Counted from the stretch's first letter, positions 19,253 to 29,156 are shown. The stretch is 54,723 nucleotides of DNA from Gemmatimonadota bacterium (GCA_033720355.1 JAWWCR010000003.1:1-54723), one strand, 5' to 3'. The notes: generated from the letters alone by a model not told the origin. Numbers and translations: made by a program.

Positions 19253-20542
19253 CTACGCGCCGTCGCCGGACGAACCTCCGCCGCCGTCGGTCGCCCTCTG
19301 CGTGTTCTCTATCTCGATGCGAGAGCCGTCGGTGAGGAGCCGAATCGCCTGGAACGACCCGGAGACGATCTCGACGCCCGTCTCGAGCCCCGAAATCACC
19401 TCGAAGTAGTTGTCCCCCGCGATGCCGATCTCGACCGGTACGAACCGGACGATCTCGCCTTCCACGAGAAAGACACCTTCGACGTCCCGATTGCGTAATC
19501 CGTCGGACGCCGCCGGCAGGTTCTCGTTCGGGATGCTCTCGATCTCCGTCGCGTCCATCAGCGTGAGGCTCGTGATCGGAACCGCGACGACCTGCGTCCG
19601 CGTGTCGGTGATGACGTCCGCCGTGGCGGAGAGGTCCGGCCGGATCCCCGGGGGCGGTTGGTCGAGCTTGATGCGGACCTCGAAGTCGATCGCCTGGTTG
19701 GCGGTGCCGCCCGCGGACGGGTTGATCGGGACGATCGAGCTGTTCCCGATCTCGGTGACGATGCCGCTGAACCGTCGGTCGCCGAAGGCGTCGATCTCGA
19801 TGGAGGCCGAGTCGCCGATCGAGATCTCGGGGATGTCGGTCTCATCGACCTCGATGACGGCCTCCATCACGGAGAGGTCCGCGATGGTCAGCAGCAGGCT
19901 GCCGGGGTTGTTCATCGTCCCGACGACCGCCGTCTCGCCCCGTTCCACGTTGAGCCGCGTGATCCGGCCCGACATCGGCGCGCGGATCGTCGTCTTGCCG
20001 AGCTGGTCGAGGGCCTGCTCGAGGTTCGCGTCGGCCTGCGCGACCGAGTGCTCGGCGGCTTCGAGCAGACGGAGCTGCACCTGCGCATCGGTGACGGCCC
20101 GCTCGACCTCGGCCGCCGTCACGAAGTCGGTCCCGCTCTCCTGAAGCGCCACGAACCGCTTCGCGTCGCGGTCGGCCTGCTCCCATGCCGCGCGCTGCTG
20201 GGCCTCCGACGCGCGCGCCTGCGACAACGCGGCCCGCGAGCGGTTCACCGACGCCTGGAACTGCGCCGGGTCGATCTGAAGGAGGAGGTCGCCCTCCCGG
20301 ACGTCCTCACCCTCCCTGACGGGGAGGTCGATGATCCTTCCGGCGACATCGGTCGTGATATCGACCTGCGTCTCGGGCTCGATGTGCCCGGTCGCGGACA
20401 CCTTGGCCACGAGGTCCCGGAGGCTCACGACCTCCGTTCGCACCTCTATGACGTCTCCGGCGGGTCGGCGCAGCGCTCCCGCCGCGATCGCCGCGATGAC
20501 GCCGACGATCACGATGGCGATGATGGCCTTCTTCATGTCCAC
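19253..20542 (-). CDS. Efflux transporter periplasmic adaptor subunit (MacA/HlyD family)
   Basis: N-terminal membrane anchor, coiled-coil hairpin region, barrel-sandwich and beta-barrel motifs (..[18 protein letters not shown]..). Confidence 0.85.
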   Translation of the reverse strand: MDMKKAIIAIVIVGVIAAIAAGALRRPAGDVIEVRTEVVSLRDLVAKVSATGHIEPETQVDITTDVAGRIIDLPVREGEDVREGDLLLQIDPAQFQASVNRSRAALSQARASEAQQRAAWEQADRDAKRFVALQESGTDFVTAAEVERAVTDAQVQLRLLEAAEHSVAQADANLEQALDQLGKTTIRAPMSGRITRLNVERGETAVVGTMNNPGSLLLTIADLSVMEAVIEVDETDIPEISIGDSASIEIDAFGDRRFSGIVTEIGNSSIVPINPSAGGTANQAIDFEVRIKLDQPPPGIRPDLSATADVITDTRTQVVAVPITSLTLMDATEIESIPNENLPAASDGLRNRDVEGVFLVEGEIVRFVPVEIGIAGDNYFEVISGLETGVEIVSGSFQAIRLLTDGSRIEIENTQRATDGGGGSSGDGA

Positions 20543-20729
20543 ACGAACCTCTATTCGAGAACCCGGTCATCCCGGGCTGCACGGCTGTTTCGAGCTTCAC
20601 CTACGTTGCCGGAACGACCGATGTTTCGGGCGGTCCGGGGGATGCGACCCGGGAATCTCGTGTCATCGGTCTCACTCCGATACCCCGAGAAGAAGATGCT
20701 ATTCCCGGGCTCGCGGAGACCCGCCGGGC

Positions 20730-21413
20730 TCACCCGCCCGGGAGGGCCGAGAGCCCGACCACGATCATGTAGAGGAAGAGGATGAACGTCGTCGCGGCGC
20801 CGGCGGAGCGCTTCGGGTACATCCTGCCGACGGCGATCCCCAGGACCACGGACGTCCACACCGCGAAGATGTTGACCCGATACGCGATACGAGCCAGGTA
20901 GCCGTCTCCGAGGTCCGGCAGGAGGAGCGCGGGGGAGAGCACGACCTGGTCGCCCCCGGCGAGGATGAGACCCAGGACCAGAAAACCGCCGGCCGTCAGG
21001 ATGAGGAACGAGTGGGTGACGGCGCTGAACAGCTGCGCGAACCGGGCCTCGCCGCCGAGGATCACGTTGTAGTTGAGGATCAGCACTCCGGCGATGGCCG
21101 CGGCCGAGATCGGCATGAAGACCGCCGACATGATCGCGCCGAACCGACGCGAAAAGTCCATGATCGTTTCCGCGTCGGCCGGGTCGGTCCCCGGCGGCAT
21201 CTGCTGCATGAAGATCTCGCGGAACCGCTCCTCGGGGATGACGAGCTGCGATGCGACCGCGCACACGATCAGCACGATCATCATGTCCAGCCACACCGGT
21301 CTCTCACGGAGGGCGTCGAAGAGGTCACCGGGTGAGAAGAAGACCTGCCCCATTCGGACGGGCAGGCCGGGCGCCTTCGGTCTCGGGTCGGTGGCTTCCA
21401 TGGGGCTCCTCAC
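20730..21413 (-). CDS. Yip1-domain-like polytopic membrane protein
   Basis: Five predicted TM helices after a cytoplasmic N-terminus with FFSPGDLFDAL, reminiscent of YIP1 family proteins. Assigned by eye. Confidence 0.5.
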   Translation of the reverse strand: MRSPMEATDPRPKAPGLPVRMGQVFFSPGDLFDALRERPVWLDMMIVLIVCAVASQLVIPEERFREIFMQQMPPGTDPADAETIMDFSRRFGAIMSAVFMPISAAAIAGVLILNYNVILGGEARFAQLFSAVTHSFLILTAGGFLVLGLILAGGDQVVLSPALLLPDLGDGYLARIAYRVNIFAVWTSVVLGIAVGRMYPKRSAGAATTFILFLYMIVVGLSALPGG

Positions 21414-21524
21414 GTCGGGGACGCGCGTGGACGGCGCACGAACGCAAGGGATCGATCCCGTCCTCCGATGTCCAGAGCGGGACCGGAGGGTCGCTCGCCG
21501 AGCGGATAAGCCCTGCCGCCCGGA

Positions 21525-22229
21525 TCAGCCCGGGGCGAGCCGGATCGCCTCGAGACCGCTCGAGCCGTCCACGACACGCAGCAGACGACCCTCGGCGTCG
21601 ACCCACACGCTGCTCTGCGAGCCCCCGATACGCAGGTCGTAGCGCGTGGCGGCGATTCCACGGCCATCGATCGTCACCTCGTCGGAGCGCTGCCCGACGA
21701 GCTGCGCATCGACCGCTTCGCCGCGGAGCGGAACCACGACCGTGGCCCGGCCGCCGCCGCCCTCGAGGACACGGACGAGCACGAGGTGGTGGTGGGCCAC
21801 GCCGACCTCGAGAACCGAGCCTGCCCCGCGCGACGCGAGCTCGCGCCACCGCTCGCCTTCGTCGGTGATCGTGTGGAGCCGGACCCGATCGACCGACCAG
21901 GCGCCCGTGATGACGCGCGCGCCGGGTCCGCGGAGCTCGTACCGTACCGGTCTGAGCTGCGCGTCGAGCGCGACGCCCACCTGGAACTCGCCGCCCGAGT
22001 TGCCCACGGGCTCGATGCTGCCGCCCGCGTTGAGGTTCGCGCCGGCCTCCCAGACACGGAAGCTCTCGATCGCGACCCGGCGACCATCCTGATGCACCTC
22101 GAGCCGGCCCGCATCGATCTCCTGGGCCGCCGTACCCGTGGGCACGACGGCCGCTGCCGTCAGCGCCGCACCGGTCGCCAGGACCGTCGCGGCCCACCGG
22201 ATCGTGCGTCGGTTCGGATCACGTCTCAT
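21525..22229 (-). CDS. Secreted hypothetical protein (signal peptide, beta-rich)
   Basis: ATG at 22229 gives MRRDPNRRTIRWAATVLATGAALTAAAVVPTGTAAQ, a signal peptide. High GC3. No family recognised. Overlaps the upstream gene by 11 nt. Confidence 0.55.
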   Translation of the reverse strand: MRRDPNRRTIRWAATVLATGAALTAAAVVPTGTAAQEIDAGRLEVHQDGRRVAIESFRVWEAGANLNAGGSIEPVGNSGGEFQVGVALDAQLRPVRYELRGPGARVITGAWSVDRVRLHTITDEGERWRELASRGAGSVLEVGVAHHHLVLVRVLEGGGGRATVVVPLRGEAVDAQLVGQRSDEVTIDGRGIAATRYDLRIGGSQSSVWVDAEGRLLRVVDGSSGLEAIRLAPG

Positions 22230-22956
22230 CGCGCGCCTCCTCCGAGAACAGGCGCTCGCCGATGTACTCGACGAGGTACTCGTACACCGCTTTCCCCGTG
22301 GCGGCCGACGCCGCCGACGGACGGCCCACCACCCCGGCCGATCCGGAGAGTGGCACCGGCTCGGTCCCATCCATCCGCTCACCGCGGGCGTCCGGGTCGA
22401 GATCCACGTCCTCGATCGCCTGTAGACGAACCGATCCCGGAAAAAGATACATCATGAGCGACGTCTCGATCTCGCCCGCCCGCTCGGGAACCCGCCGGGT
22501 TCGCACGGCAGGCGACACATCCACGACGTTCGTATCCACCGCGCGGATACGGACATCGCCCCCCATGACGCTTACGAGCGCCCGGTAGTGGGGGCCGAAG
22601 CCGGTGGAGGTGAGGAGGACGAGGTCGCGCAGCCCCTGATCGACCCAGCAGCCGACGATGTCGTTGAGCGCGTGGTGGAGAGTCTTGTAACCCAGCGAGC
22701 CGGTCCCCGCGTACCCCCGGTCGATGTCCGAGGTGGCCCCGAAAGAGAACGCGGGTCCGAGCAGGACGCCGTAGCGGGTCGCGATCCCCTCGGCGAGCGC
22801 CGTCGTGACGCGGATATCGGTGTCGAGCGGGAGGTGCGGGCCGTGCTGCACGAGCGACGCCACCGGCCAGATAAGCCGGGAGTCGCGTCGGAACCACTCC
22901 GCCGCCTCGGGCCAGGTGAGATCGGCCAGCCGCGTCACGTTCCGCCGGGTCGCCAT
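22219..22956 (-). CDS. Creatininase family protein (creatinine amidohydrolase / MftE-like hydrolase fold)
   Basis: ATG 22956. LVQHGPHLPLDTD metal-binding signature and a downstream ERAGEIETS motif. Confidence 0.8.
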   Translation of the reverse strand: MATRRNVTRLADLTWPEAAEWFRRDSRLIWPVASLVQHGPHLPLDTDIRVTTALAEGIATRYGVLLGPAFSFGATSDIDRGYAGTGSLGYKTLHHALNDIVGCWVDQGLRDLVLLTSTGFGPHYRALVSVMGGDVRIRAVDTNVVDVSPAVRTRRVPERAGEIETSLMMYLFPGSVRLQAIEDVDLDPDARGERMDGTEPVPLSGSAGVVGRPSAASAATGKAVYEYLVEYIGERLFSEEARDET

Positions 22957-23104
22957 GCCATCACGGTGCCCCGCCCGAGGCGGCCGGGCAAGCGACCGCG
23001 CGAGGCGGTTGCGTCGGGCGACACGCCTTGAGAAGCCGTTGACCCACCGGGCGAACATGTAGCCCGAAGGTGGACGGGCGGTCGACCGGGACGGGGAGTA
23101 GGGC

Positions 23105-24607
23105 GTGACGCAGATACATGCGGTCGACACGGCGGCGGTGACGGGTCTCGACGTGCGGCGGGTGAAGGTGGAGGTGTCGATCACGCGCGGGACGCCGATG
23201 ATCCAGATCGTGGGTCTGGCGCACGGCGCGGTGCGGGAGGGACGCGAGCGGATCCGCGCCGCCGTCTCGCAGCTCGGGCTGCACGTGCCGGGGTTGCGGA
23301 TCACGGTGAACCTGGCCCCGGCCGACATCCCCAAGGAGGGTGCGGCGTTCGACCTCCCGATCACGCTGGGCATCCTCGCGGCCGCCGGCGAGATCCCGCA
23401 CGAGCGGCTCGGGCGGACCGTGATCGTCGGTGAGCTGGGGCTCGACGGCGGCCTCCGAGCGATCCGGGGAGCGCTGCCGATCGCCCTCCACGTGGCGGAC
23501 GCCGACGATGCGCATCGCCTCCTCGTCCCCGCCGGCAACGTCCGCGAGGCGAGGGCCGCCCCGGGGCTCGATGTCGTCGGCGCGCCGTCGCTCGGGGCCG
23601 TGGTAGCGTTCCTGCGCGACGGGGAGATTCCCGAAGAGGCAGCGACCGTCGAGGGGTCGGATGTCGAGCCCGAGGCAGAGCACGATCTCGCCCTCGTGCG
23701 CGGTCAAGCCTCGGCGCGTCGCGCGCTCGAGATCGCGGCGGTCGGCGGACACAACGTGCTGTTGCGCGGCCCTCCCGGCGCCGGCAAGACGAGCCTCGCG
23801 CGCTGTCTGCCGGGGCTCCTGCCGCCCCTCGGCCGCCGCGAGGCGGTCGAGGTGACCGCGGTCCACAGCGTGGCCGGGACGCTGGGTCCGGGCGCCGGTC
23901 TCATCGATCGCCGACCGTTCCGGGCCCCGCACCACTCGGTGAGCGAAGCCGGGCTGATCGGAGGGGGGTCCATCCCGCGGCCCGGCGAGGTCTCGCTCGC
24001 TCACCGGGGCGTGTTGTTCCTCGACGAGCTCCCCGAGTTCGGGCGGGGTGCGCTCGAGTCGCTGCGGCAGCCGATGGAGGAAGGCGTCGTCCACATCGTG
24101 CGGACGAGGGCGTCGGCCACCTTCCCCGCGCGGTTCACTCTCGTCGCCGCGATGAACCCATGCCCGTGCGGACGTCACGACGACCCCGCCGGGCGCTGCA
24201 CCTGCTCCGACGTCCGCGTCCACAATTACCAGCGGCGCGTGAGCGGCCCCCTCCTCGACCGGATCGACCTGCACGTGGCGGTGCCGCCGGTTCGCTGGTC
24301 CGAGCTCGCCTCCGGCGACGGCGAGTCGAGCGAAAAGGTCCGCGCGCGGGTCGCGGCCGCTCGCGAACGGGCGGCCACCCGGCTCGCCGGGGCGGGGCCC
24401 GACCGCGACCCCCTCCGTGACCCGCGGCTCACACGGCCCGGAATGGCACTGCTACGCCGCGCCACCGACCGGCTCGAACTGTCGGCGCGCGGGGTCCACC
24501 GAGCCGTGACGACCGCCTTCACGATCGCCGACCTCGAGGGCTCCGAGACCATCGAGGCGAGCTTTGTCGCCGAGGCGGTCGGGTACCGCGCCTTCACGCC
24601 CGGCTGA
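23105..24607 (+). CDS. comM: YifB/ComM family Mg-chelatase-like AAA+ ATPase
   Basis: N-terminal Lon-like domain (IVGLAHGAVREGRERI), Walker A GPPGAGKT, ..LFLDELPEF.., C4 cluster CPCG...C.C. Confidence 0.9.
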   Translation: MTQIHAVDTAAVTGLDVRRVKVEVSITRGTPMIQIVGLAHGAVREGRERIRAAVSQLGLHVPGLRITVNLAPADIPKEGAAFDLPITLGILAAAGEIPHERLGRTVIVGELGLDGGLRAIRGALPIALHVADADDAHRLLVPAGNVREARAAPGLDVVGAPSLGAVVAFLRDGEIPEEAATVEGSDVEPEAEHDLALVRGQASARRALEIAAVGGHNVLLRGPPGAGKTSLARCLPGLLPPLGRREAVEVTAVHSVAGTLGPGAGLIDRRPFRAPHHSVSEAGLIGGGSIPRPGEVSLAHRGVLFLDELPEFGRGALESLRQPMEEGVVHIVRTRASATFPARFTLVAAMNPCPCGRHDDPAGRCTCSDVRVHNYQRRVSGPLLDRIDLHVAVPPVRWSELASGDGESSEKVRARVAAARERAATRLAGAGPDRDPLRDPRLTRPGMALLRRATDRLELSARGVHRAVTTAFTIADLEGSETIEASFVAEAVGYRAFTPG

Positions 24608-25238
24608 GCCGGGCCGCCGCGATCTCGCGGCAGCGCGTCGCATCGACGGTCACCGTGGCCGGATCCTCCCCCCGGCCGAGCGCCAGGAAGTTCGCGAGAA
24701 GGCGGTGCCCGCCGAACGTGAGCGCCGCCTCGGGGTGGAACTGGACGCCCCACAGCGGCCGCGACGCGTGCGCGAGCCCCATCACCTCGTCGTCCGCACT
24801 GCGCGCGGTGACGCGGAGGCCCTCACCGGCCGCGCTCTCGGGCACGACGAGTGAATGGTAGCGCGTCACCGAGAGCGGCGATGGCAGGCCGGCGAACAGA
24901 CCCGCCCCGTCGTGCTCCACGTCGCACACGACGCCGTGCATCGGTCGGCGAGCCCGCTCGATCGCGCCGCCGAACGCCGCCGCGATACACTGGTGGCCGA
25001 GACAGACTCCGAGGATCGGGATCTCGTGGCTCAGCTCGCGGACCGCGGCGAGACACACGCCCGCCTCTTTGGGGGTACAGGGACCGGGCGAGAGGACGAG
25101 GTGTGAGGGCGCGGCGTCGCGGATCCCGTCGACCGAGATCGCGTCGTTCCGCTCGACGCGCACGTGCTCGCCAAGCTCCACGAAGTAGCGGGCGAGGTTG
25201 AACACGAAGGAGTCGTAGTTGTCGATCAGCAGGATCAC
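24594..25238 (-). CDS. Glutamine amidotransferase, anthranilate/aminodeoxychorismate synthase component II
   Basis: GTG 25238 gives (M)ILLIDNYDSFVFNLARY. Catalytic GVCLGHQ and FHPE motifs. 14 nt convergent overlap with comM. Confidence 0.9.
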   Translation of the reverse strand: MILLIDNYDSFVFNLARYFVELGEHVRVERNDAISVDGIRDAAPSHLVLSPGPCTPKEAGVCLAAVRELSHEIPILGVCLGHQCIAAAFGGAIERARRPMHGVVCDVEHDGAGLFAGLPSPLSVTRYHSLVVPESAAGEGLRVTARSADDEVMGLAHASRPLWGVQFHPEAALTFGGHRLLANFLALGRGEDPATVTVDATRCREIAAARLSRA

Positions 25239-25319
25239 GGTGCCGTCGCGATACGAGAGGGAGCGTGTTCTCGACGTGACGATACCCGTGCGCCGGCGTC
25301 CCCGCGAAGGGGCGGCCCG

Positions 25320-25898
25320 GTGAGCGACGAGGCGAGGGTCTTCGTCGCCATCCCGTTCCCGGGCGAGCTGCGGGGGTCGATCGTCCGGCAGACCGCCGAA
25401 CTCCGTGATGGGCACTCTTCGGTGCGGCCGGTGCGCGAAGAGCAGATACACCTGACCCTCCGCTTCCTCGGCGATACGCCGCGCTCGGGGCTCGACGCGC
25501 TCGGCGAGGCGGTGTGCGATGCGGCCGCCGATGCGTCGCCGTTCGAGCTCCGTATCGGGGGTGTCGGGGCGTTCCCGCACGCGCGGAAGCCGCGGGTCCT
25601 CTGGGTCGGCGTCGAGCGCTCGCCCTGGCTCGAGGCTCTCCGTGGATCGCTGGAGGACTCGCTCGAACGGCTCGGGTTCGAGCGCGAGCGACGTCCCTTC
25701 AGACCTCATGTGACGGTGGCCCGCGTGAGCCGCGGACGACCGGTCCCCGACCATTTGCCCGATGCCCTCGAGGCCGCCGTGGTGCGGGCCACGACGCACG
25801 TCACGTCGGTCGCCCTCTTCGAGAGCGTCCTCGATCCGGGGGGCGCCCGGCACACCGTTTTGCGGACCTGTCGGCTCGGCTCGATGGGGTCCGACTGA
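25320..25898 (+). CDS. thpR: RNA 2',3'-cyclic phosphodiesterase (ThpR/LigT 2H family)
   Basis: Two HxTx motifs (HLTLRF and HVTVAR) at the typical spacing. GTG 25320. Confidence 0.85.
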   Translation: MSDEARVFVAIPFPGELRGSIVRQTAELRDGHSSVRPVREEQIHLTLRFLGDTPRSGLDALGEAVCDAAADASPFELRIGGVGAFPHARKPRVLWVGVERSPWLEALRGSLEDSLERLGFERERRPFRPHVTVARVSRGRPVPDHLPDALEAAVVRATTHVTSVALFESVLDPGGARHTVLRTCRLGSMGSD

Positions 25899-25914
25899 GG
25901 CCGTCGCGGGCGGT

Positions 25915-25963
25915 CCGGCCGGCGCATGTGGCGAGGGGCCGCACATGCTACCTTGCCGGCCGG
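25915..25963 (+). terminator. Two-tier GC-rich hairpin downstream of thpR (no U-tract)
   Basis: CCGGCCGGC at 25915-25923 pairs perfectly with GCCGGCCGG at 25955-25963. Inner stem GCATGTG/CACATGC. Confidence 0.3.
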
Positions 25964-26025
25964 TTCGGCGACGCCAGGAAGCCCCGCGTCCCGGATCGCG
26001 CGCGGTCGGGGGCAGGGGGGTAGAG

Positions 26026-26655
26026 ATGGCGCTCATCAAGAACACGTTCGCCATGATCGGGTTTCTCACGGTCCTGGTGGTGGGGCTCGGCGGAGCGTGG
26101 CTGTTCCGCGACGAGATCCAGACGTGGGTCAACGATCGAAACGAGGTCGTCATGGCCGAGCCGAGCGAGGAGCTGGCCGCCGTGGCGGAGGAGAAGATCC
26201 GCGAGGTCATGGAGGGTGAGGGCGGTCGCGAGACGCGGCTCTCCGAGGCCGAGCTCCAGAGCTACGTGCAATACATCGGCGCACGACGCCTTCCGGCCGG
26301 CGTGAACAACCCGGCGGTCGACATCCGCGACTCGACGCTCGCCCTGAGCGCCGGTCTCGACCTGACGACCCTCGCGGTGGGCGGCGACGCCGTTCAGAAT
26401 CTCCGCCGCGTGATCGGCGACTCGGCGCTGGTGTCGGGCGAGGTCTACCCGCAGATCACCCTGCCGGGGATCGGCCGCGTCGAGGTGCTGAGTCTGCAGG
26501 CGGGGATGTTCCCCGTGCCGCCCATGTTGATCGGGACGGCCATTCAGCAGCTCGGTCTGCGAAGCGAGGGGGCCGCGGTCCTGGTGGAGCTGCCCGAGGA
26601 AGTGCTCGAGTTGCGCATCGAGAACGAAGAGCTGGTTTTGATCCGGGACCGCTGA
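26026..26655 (+). CDS. Hypothetical membrane-anchored protein
   Basis: ATG 26026 preceded by GGGGGG/GAG. N-terminal TM FAMIGFLTVLVVGLGGAWLF. High GC3. No family recognised. Confidence 0.55.
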   Translation: MALIKNTFAMIGFLTVLVVGLGGAWLFRDEIQTWVNDRNEVVMAEPSEELAAVAEEKIREVMEGEGGRETRLSEAELQSYVQYIGARRLPAGVNNPAVDIRDSTLALSAGLDLTTLAVGGDAVQNLRRVIGDSALVSGEVYPQITLPGIGRVEVLSLQAGMFPVPPMLIGTAIQQLGLRSEGAAVLVELPEEVLELRIENEELVLIRDR

Positions 26656-26771
26656 CCCGGCGCCACCCGTCCGAACCACGCCGCCGCACCGAAGCCGGTC
26701 GGGACCACCGCGCCCCGGCCACGAGAACCGAGTTTACGAATCGAAAACGCCCTTCCGGAGGCGCCATACAC

Positions 26772-28259
26772 ATGTCCGAGACCTTCTCCAACTACGTGGC
26801 GGGCGAGTGGGTCGCGCCCGCCTCGGGTGAATACATCGAGAACTGCAACCCGGCGCGCACCTCCGATCTGATCGGTCTGTTCCCCGATACCGGCGCCGAT
26901 GAGATCGACGCGACGGTGGCCTCCGCCCAGCGCGGTTTCGAGGCGTGGTCGGCGACGCCGCCCCCCGAGCGCGGTCTGGTGCTCAAGCGGGCCGGCGATC
27001 TCATGACCGAGCACAAGGAGGAGCTCTCGCGGATCATGACGAGAGAGATGGGGGAGGTGCTCGAGGAGACGCGTGGCGATGTGCAGGAGGCGATCGACAC
27101 GGCGTACTACGCCGCCGTCGAGGGGCGGCGGCTGTTCGGGCACACCGTCCCGTCCGAGCTGCGCGACAAGTGGGCGATGTCGTTCCGCCGGCCGATCGGC
27201 GTGTTCGGGATCATCACCCCCTTCAACTTCCCCGTTGCCGTGCCGAGCTGGAAGATCTTCCCCGCGCTCCTGTGCGGGAACACGGTCATCTGGAAGCCCT
27301 CGGAGGACGTGCCGCATGCCGCGCACCGGTTCGTCGAGATCCTGCTCGAGGCGGGGCTGCCGCCCGAGTGCATCCAGCTCGTCCACGGAGGGGGCGAGAC
27401 CGGCAAGGCGATCGTCGAGCACCCCGGCGTCCCCGGGCTCTCGTTCACCGGCTCGACGGCCACGGGCAGCCTGATCGGCGAGACCGCGGGCCGCATGCAC
27501 AAGCGCCTCTCGCTCGAGATGGGCGGCAAGAACGCCCAGATCGTGATGCCCGACGCCGATCTCGACCTCGCCCTCGAGGGGGTGCTGTGGGGCGCGTTCG
27601 GGACCACCGGCCAGCGGTGCACCGCGACGAGCCGGCTCCTCCTCCACCACGACATCCACGACGAGTTCGTCGAGCGCCTCGTCTACGAGGCGGGCGCCCT
27701 CGAGCTGGGCGACGGGCTGGATGAGCGAAACGAAGTGGGGCCGCTCATCCACGAGGAGGCGCTGCGGAAGTGCGAGCGGTACGTCGGGATCGCGCGCGAG
27801 CAGGGCGCCACGGTCGCGTGCGGCGGACAGCGGGCGTCGGGCGCGGGTCTCGACGACGGGTGGTTCTTCGAGCCCACCGTGCTGACCGGGGTCGAGCGAG
27901 ACCACCGTACGGCCACCGAGGAGATCTTCGGACCGGTCCTCTCGGTCATCGCCTTCGACGACCTCGACGAGGCGTTCGCGATCAACAACGAGGTCGTGTA
28001 CGGACTCTCATCGTCGATCTACACGCGCGACGTGAACGCCTCGTTCAGGGCCATCCAGGAGCTCGACAACGGAATCACCTACGTTAACGCGCCCACGATC
28101 GGGGCCGAGGCGCACCTGCCCTTCGGCGGCGTGAAGGGGACGGGGAACGGACACAGGGAAGGGGGGTGGGAGGTATACGAGTTCTACACCGAGACCAAGG
28201 TCGCGTACGTCGATTTCAGCGGGAAGCTGCAGCGGGCGCAGATCGACGTGGAGTGGTGA
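26772..28259 (+). CDS. Aldehyde dehydrogenase family protein (NAD(P)+-dependent)
   Basis: ALDH glutamate site LEMGGKN and cysteine site GQRCTATSRL. 495 aa. SD GGAGG upstream. Confidence 0.9.
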   Translation: MSETFSNYVAGEWVAPASGEYIENCNPARTSDLIGLFPDTGADEIDATVASAQRGFEAWSATPPPERGLVLKRAGDLMTEHKEELSRIMTREMGEVLEETRGDVQEAIDTAYYAAVEGRRLFGHTVPSELRDKWAMSFRRPIGVFGIITPFNFPVAVPSWKIFPALLCGNTVIWKPSEDVPHAAHRFVEILLEAGLPPECIQLVHGGGETGKAIVEHPGVPGLSFTGSTATGSLIGETAGRMHKRLSLEMGGKNAQIVMPDADLDLALEGVLWGAFGTTGQRCTATSRLLLHHDIHDEFVERLVYEAGALELGDGLDERNEVGPLIHEEALRKCERYVGIAREQGATVACGGQRASGAGLDDGWFFEPTVLTGVERDHRTATEEIFGPVLSVIAFDDLDEAFAINNEVVYGLSSSIYTRDVNASFRAIQELDNGITYVNAPTIGAEAHLPFGGVKGTGNGHREGGWEVYEFYTETKVAYVDFSGKLQRAQIDVEW

Positions 28260-28283
28260 GCGCCGGTTGACGGCGGTCCGCAT

Positions 28284-28307
28284 CCTGGGGTGGCACGAAA
28301 CCCCAGG
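28284..28307 (+). terminator. 8-bp hairpin downstream of the aldehyde dehydrogenase gene (no U-tract)
   Basis: CCTGGGGT-GGCACGAA-ACCCCAGG. Confidence 0.35.
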
Positions 28308-28340
28308 TCGGTACCATCGTTGTAACAGTTGGAAGACACG

Positions 28341-29156
28341 ATGCGAGGCGGCGAGCGAATGAACGACCAACCCCCGGGCGCCGGAGAGGCCCACCAGTTT
28401 CCGGAGACGGGTGAAGAGGCCCCGAGCCCGGCCCCGCGCGCGGCGCCGCCGCGACAGTCGATCGGCCGGTGGATGTGGGAGTGGACGAAGTCGATCTTCA
28501 TCGCGCTCCTCCTGTTCATGTTCGTCCGGACGTTCATGATCGAGGCCTTCCAGATCCCCACGGCATCCATGGAGAACACGTTGCTCGTCGGGGATTTCCT
28601 TCTGGTCAACAAGATGGTGTACGGGGCCGAGATCCCCGGTACCGATCTGCAGCTCCCGGCCTTCGACGAGCCGTCGCGCGGTGACGTCATCGTGTTCGAG
28701 CCGCCACCCACGGCGAATCAGCCGCCGCGGACCAACTACGTCAAACGGATCGTGGGCGTCGGCGGCGATGTGCTCTCGATGAGGAACGGGACGCTGTTTC
28801 TGAACGGCGTCGAGGTAGAGGAGCCCTACGCCCGCTCGACGCGACGGTTCGGGGACGTCCCGCACTCCAATTTCGAATGGCAGCGCGAGCACCTGGTCAA
28901 CTACCCGTCGCGGCGGCCGTACCGGCCGACCCGCGACAACTGGGGGCCGATCGCCGTCCCGGCGGATCATTATTTCGTCCTGGGCGACAACCGGACGAAC
29001 TCCGAGGACTCCCGCTACTGGGGGTTCGTGCCCCGCGAAGCGGTCCGTGGCCGCCCCATGATCGTGTACTACTCGTACGAACGGGAAGACGCCACGACCA
29101 CCATGCCCTGGCTGACCGAGATCCGCTGGGATCGCATCCTCCACGGCATCCACTGA
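28341..29156 (+). CDS. lepB: Signal peptidase I
   Basis: Catalytic Ser box IPTASMENTL, Lys box YVKRIVGVGGD, and GDNRTNSEDSRYWGFVP. ATG 28341 has GGAAG upstream (track start is TTG 28329). Confidence 0.9.
   Translation: MRGGERMNDQPPGAGEAHQFPETGEEAPSPAPRAAPPRQSIGRWMWEWTKSIFIALLLFMFVRTFMIEAFQIPTASMENTLLVGDFLLVNKMVYGAEIPGTDLQLPAFDEPSRGDVIVFEPPPTANQPPRTNYVKRIVGVGGDVLSMRNGTLFLNGVEVEEPYARSTRRFGDVPHSNFEWQREHLVNYPSRRPYRPTRDNWGPIAVPADHYFVLGDNRTNSEDSRYWGFVPREAVRGRPMIVYYSYEREDATTTMPWLTEIRWDRILHGIH

Noticed and set aside
17026-19335. 769-aa plus-strand ORF and other long ORFs overlapping the ABC transporter genes (also 210..1985 minus, 3384..5102 plus, 28008..29252 minus, 38597..40303 minus)
   Set aside because: All are out-of-frame or antisense to genes with clear homology-type motifs. 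Their compositions are dominated by R, P, G and A. Stop codons are rare in off-frames at this GC content.
22219-22956. Creatininase-family gene as an MftE-like RiPP peptidase marking a peptide-maturation cluster
   Set aside because: There is no radical-SAM gene, precursor-peptide-like small ORF or other RiPP hallmark nearby.
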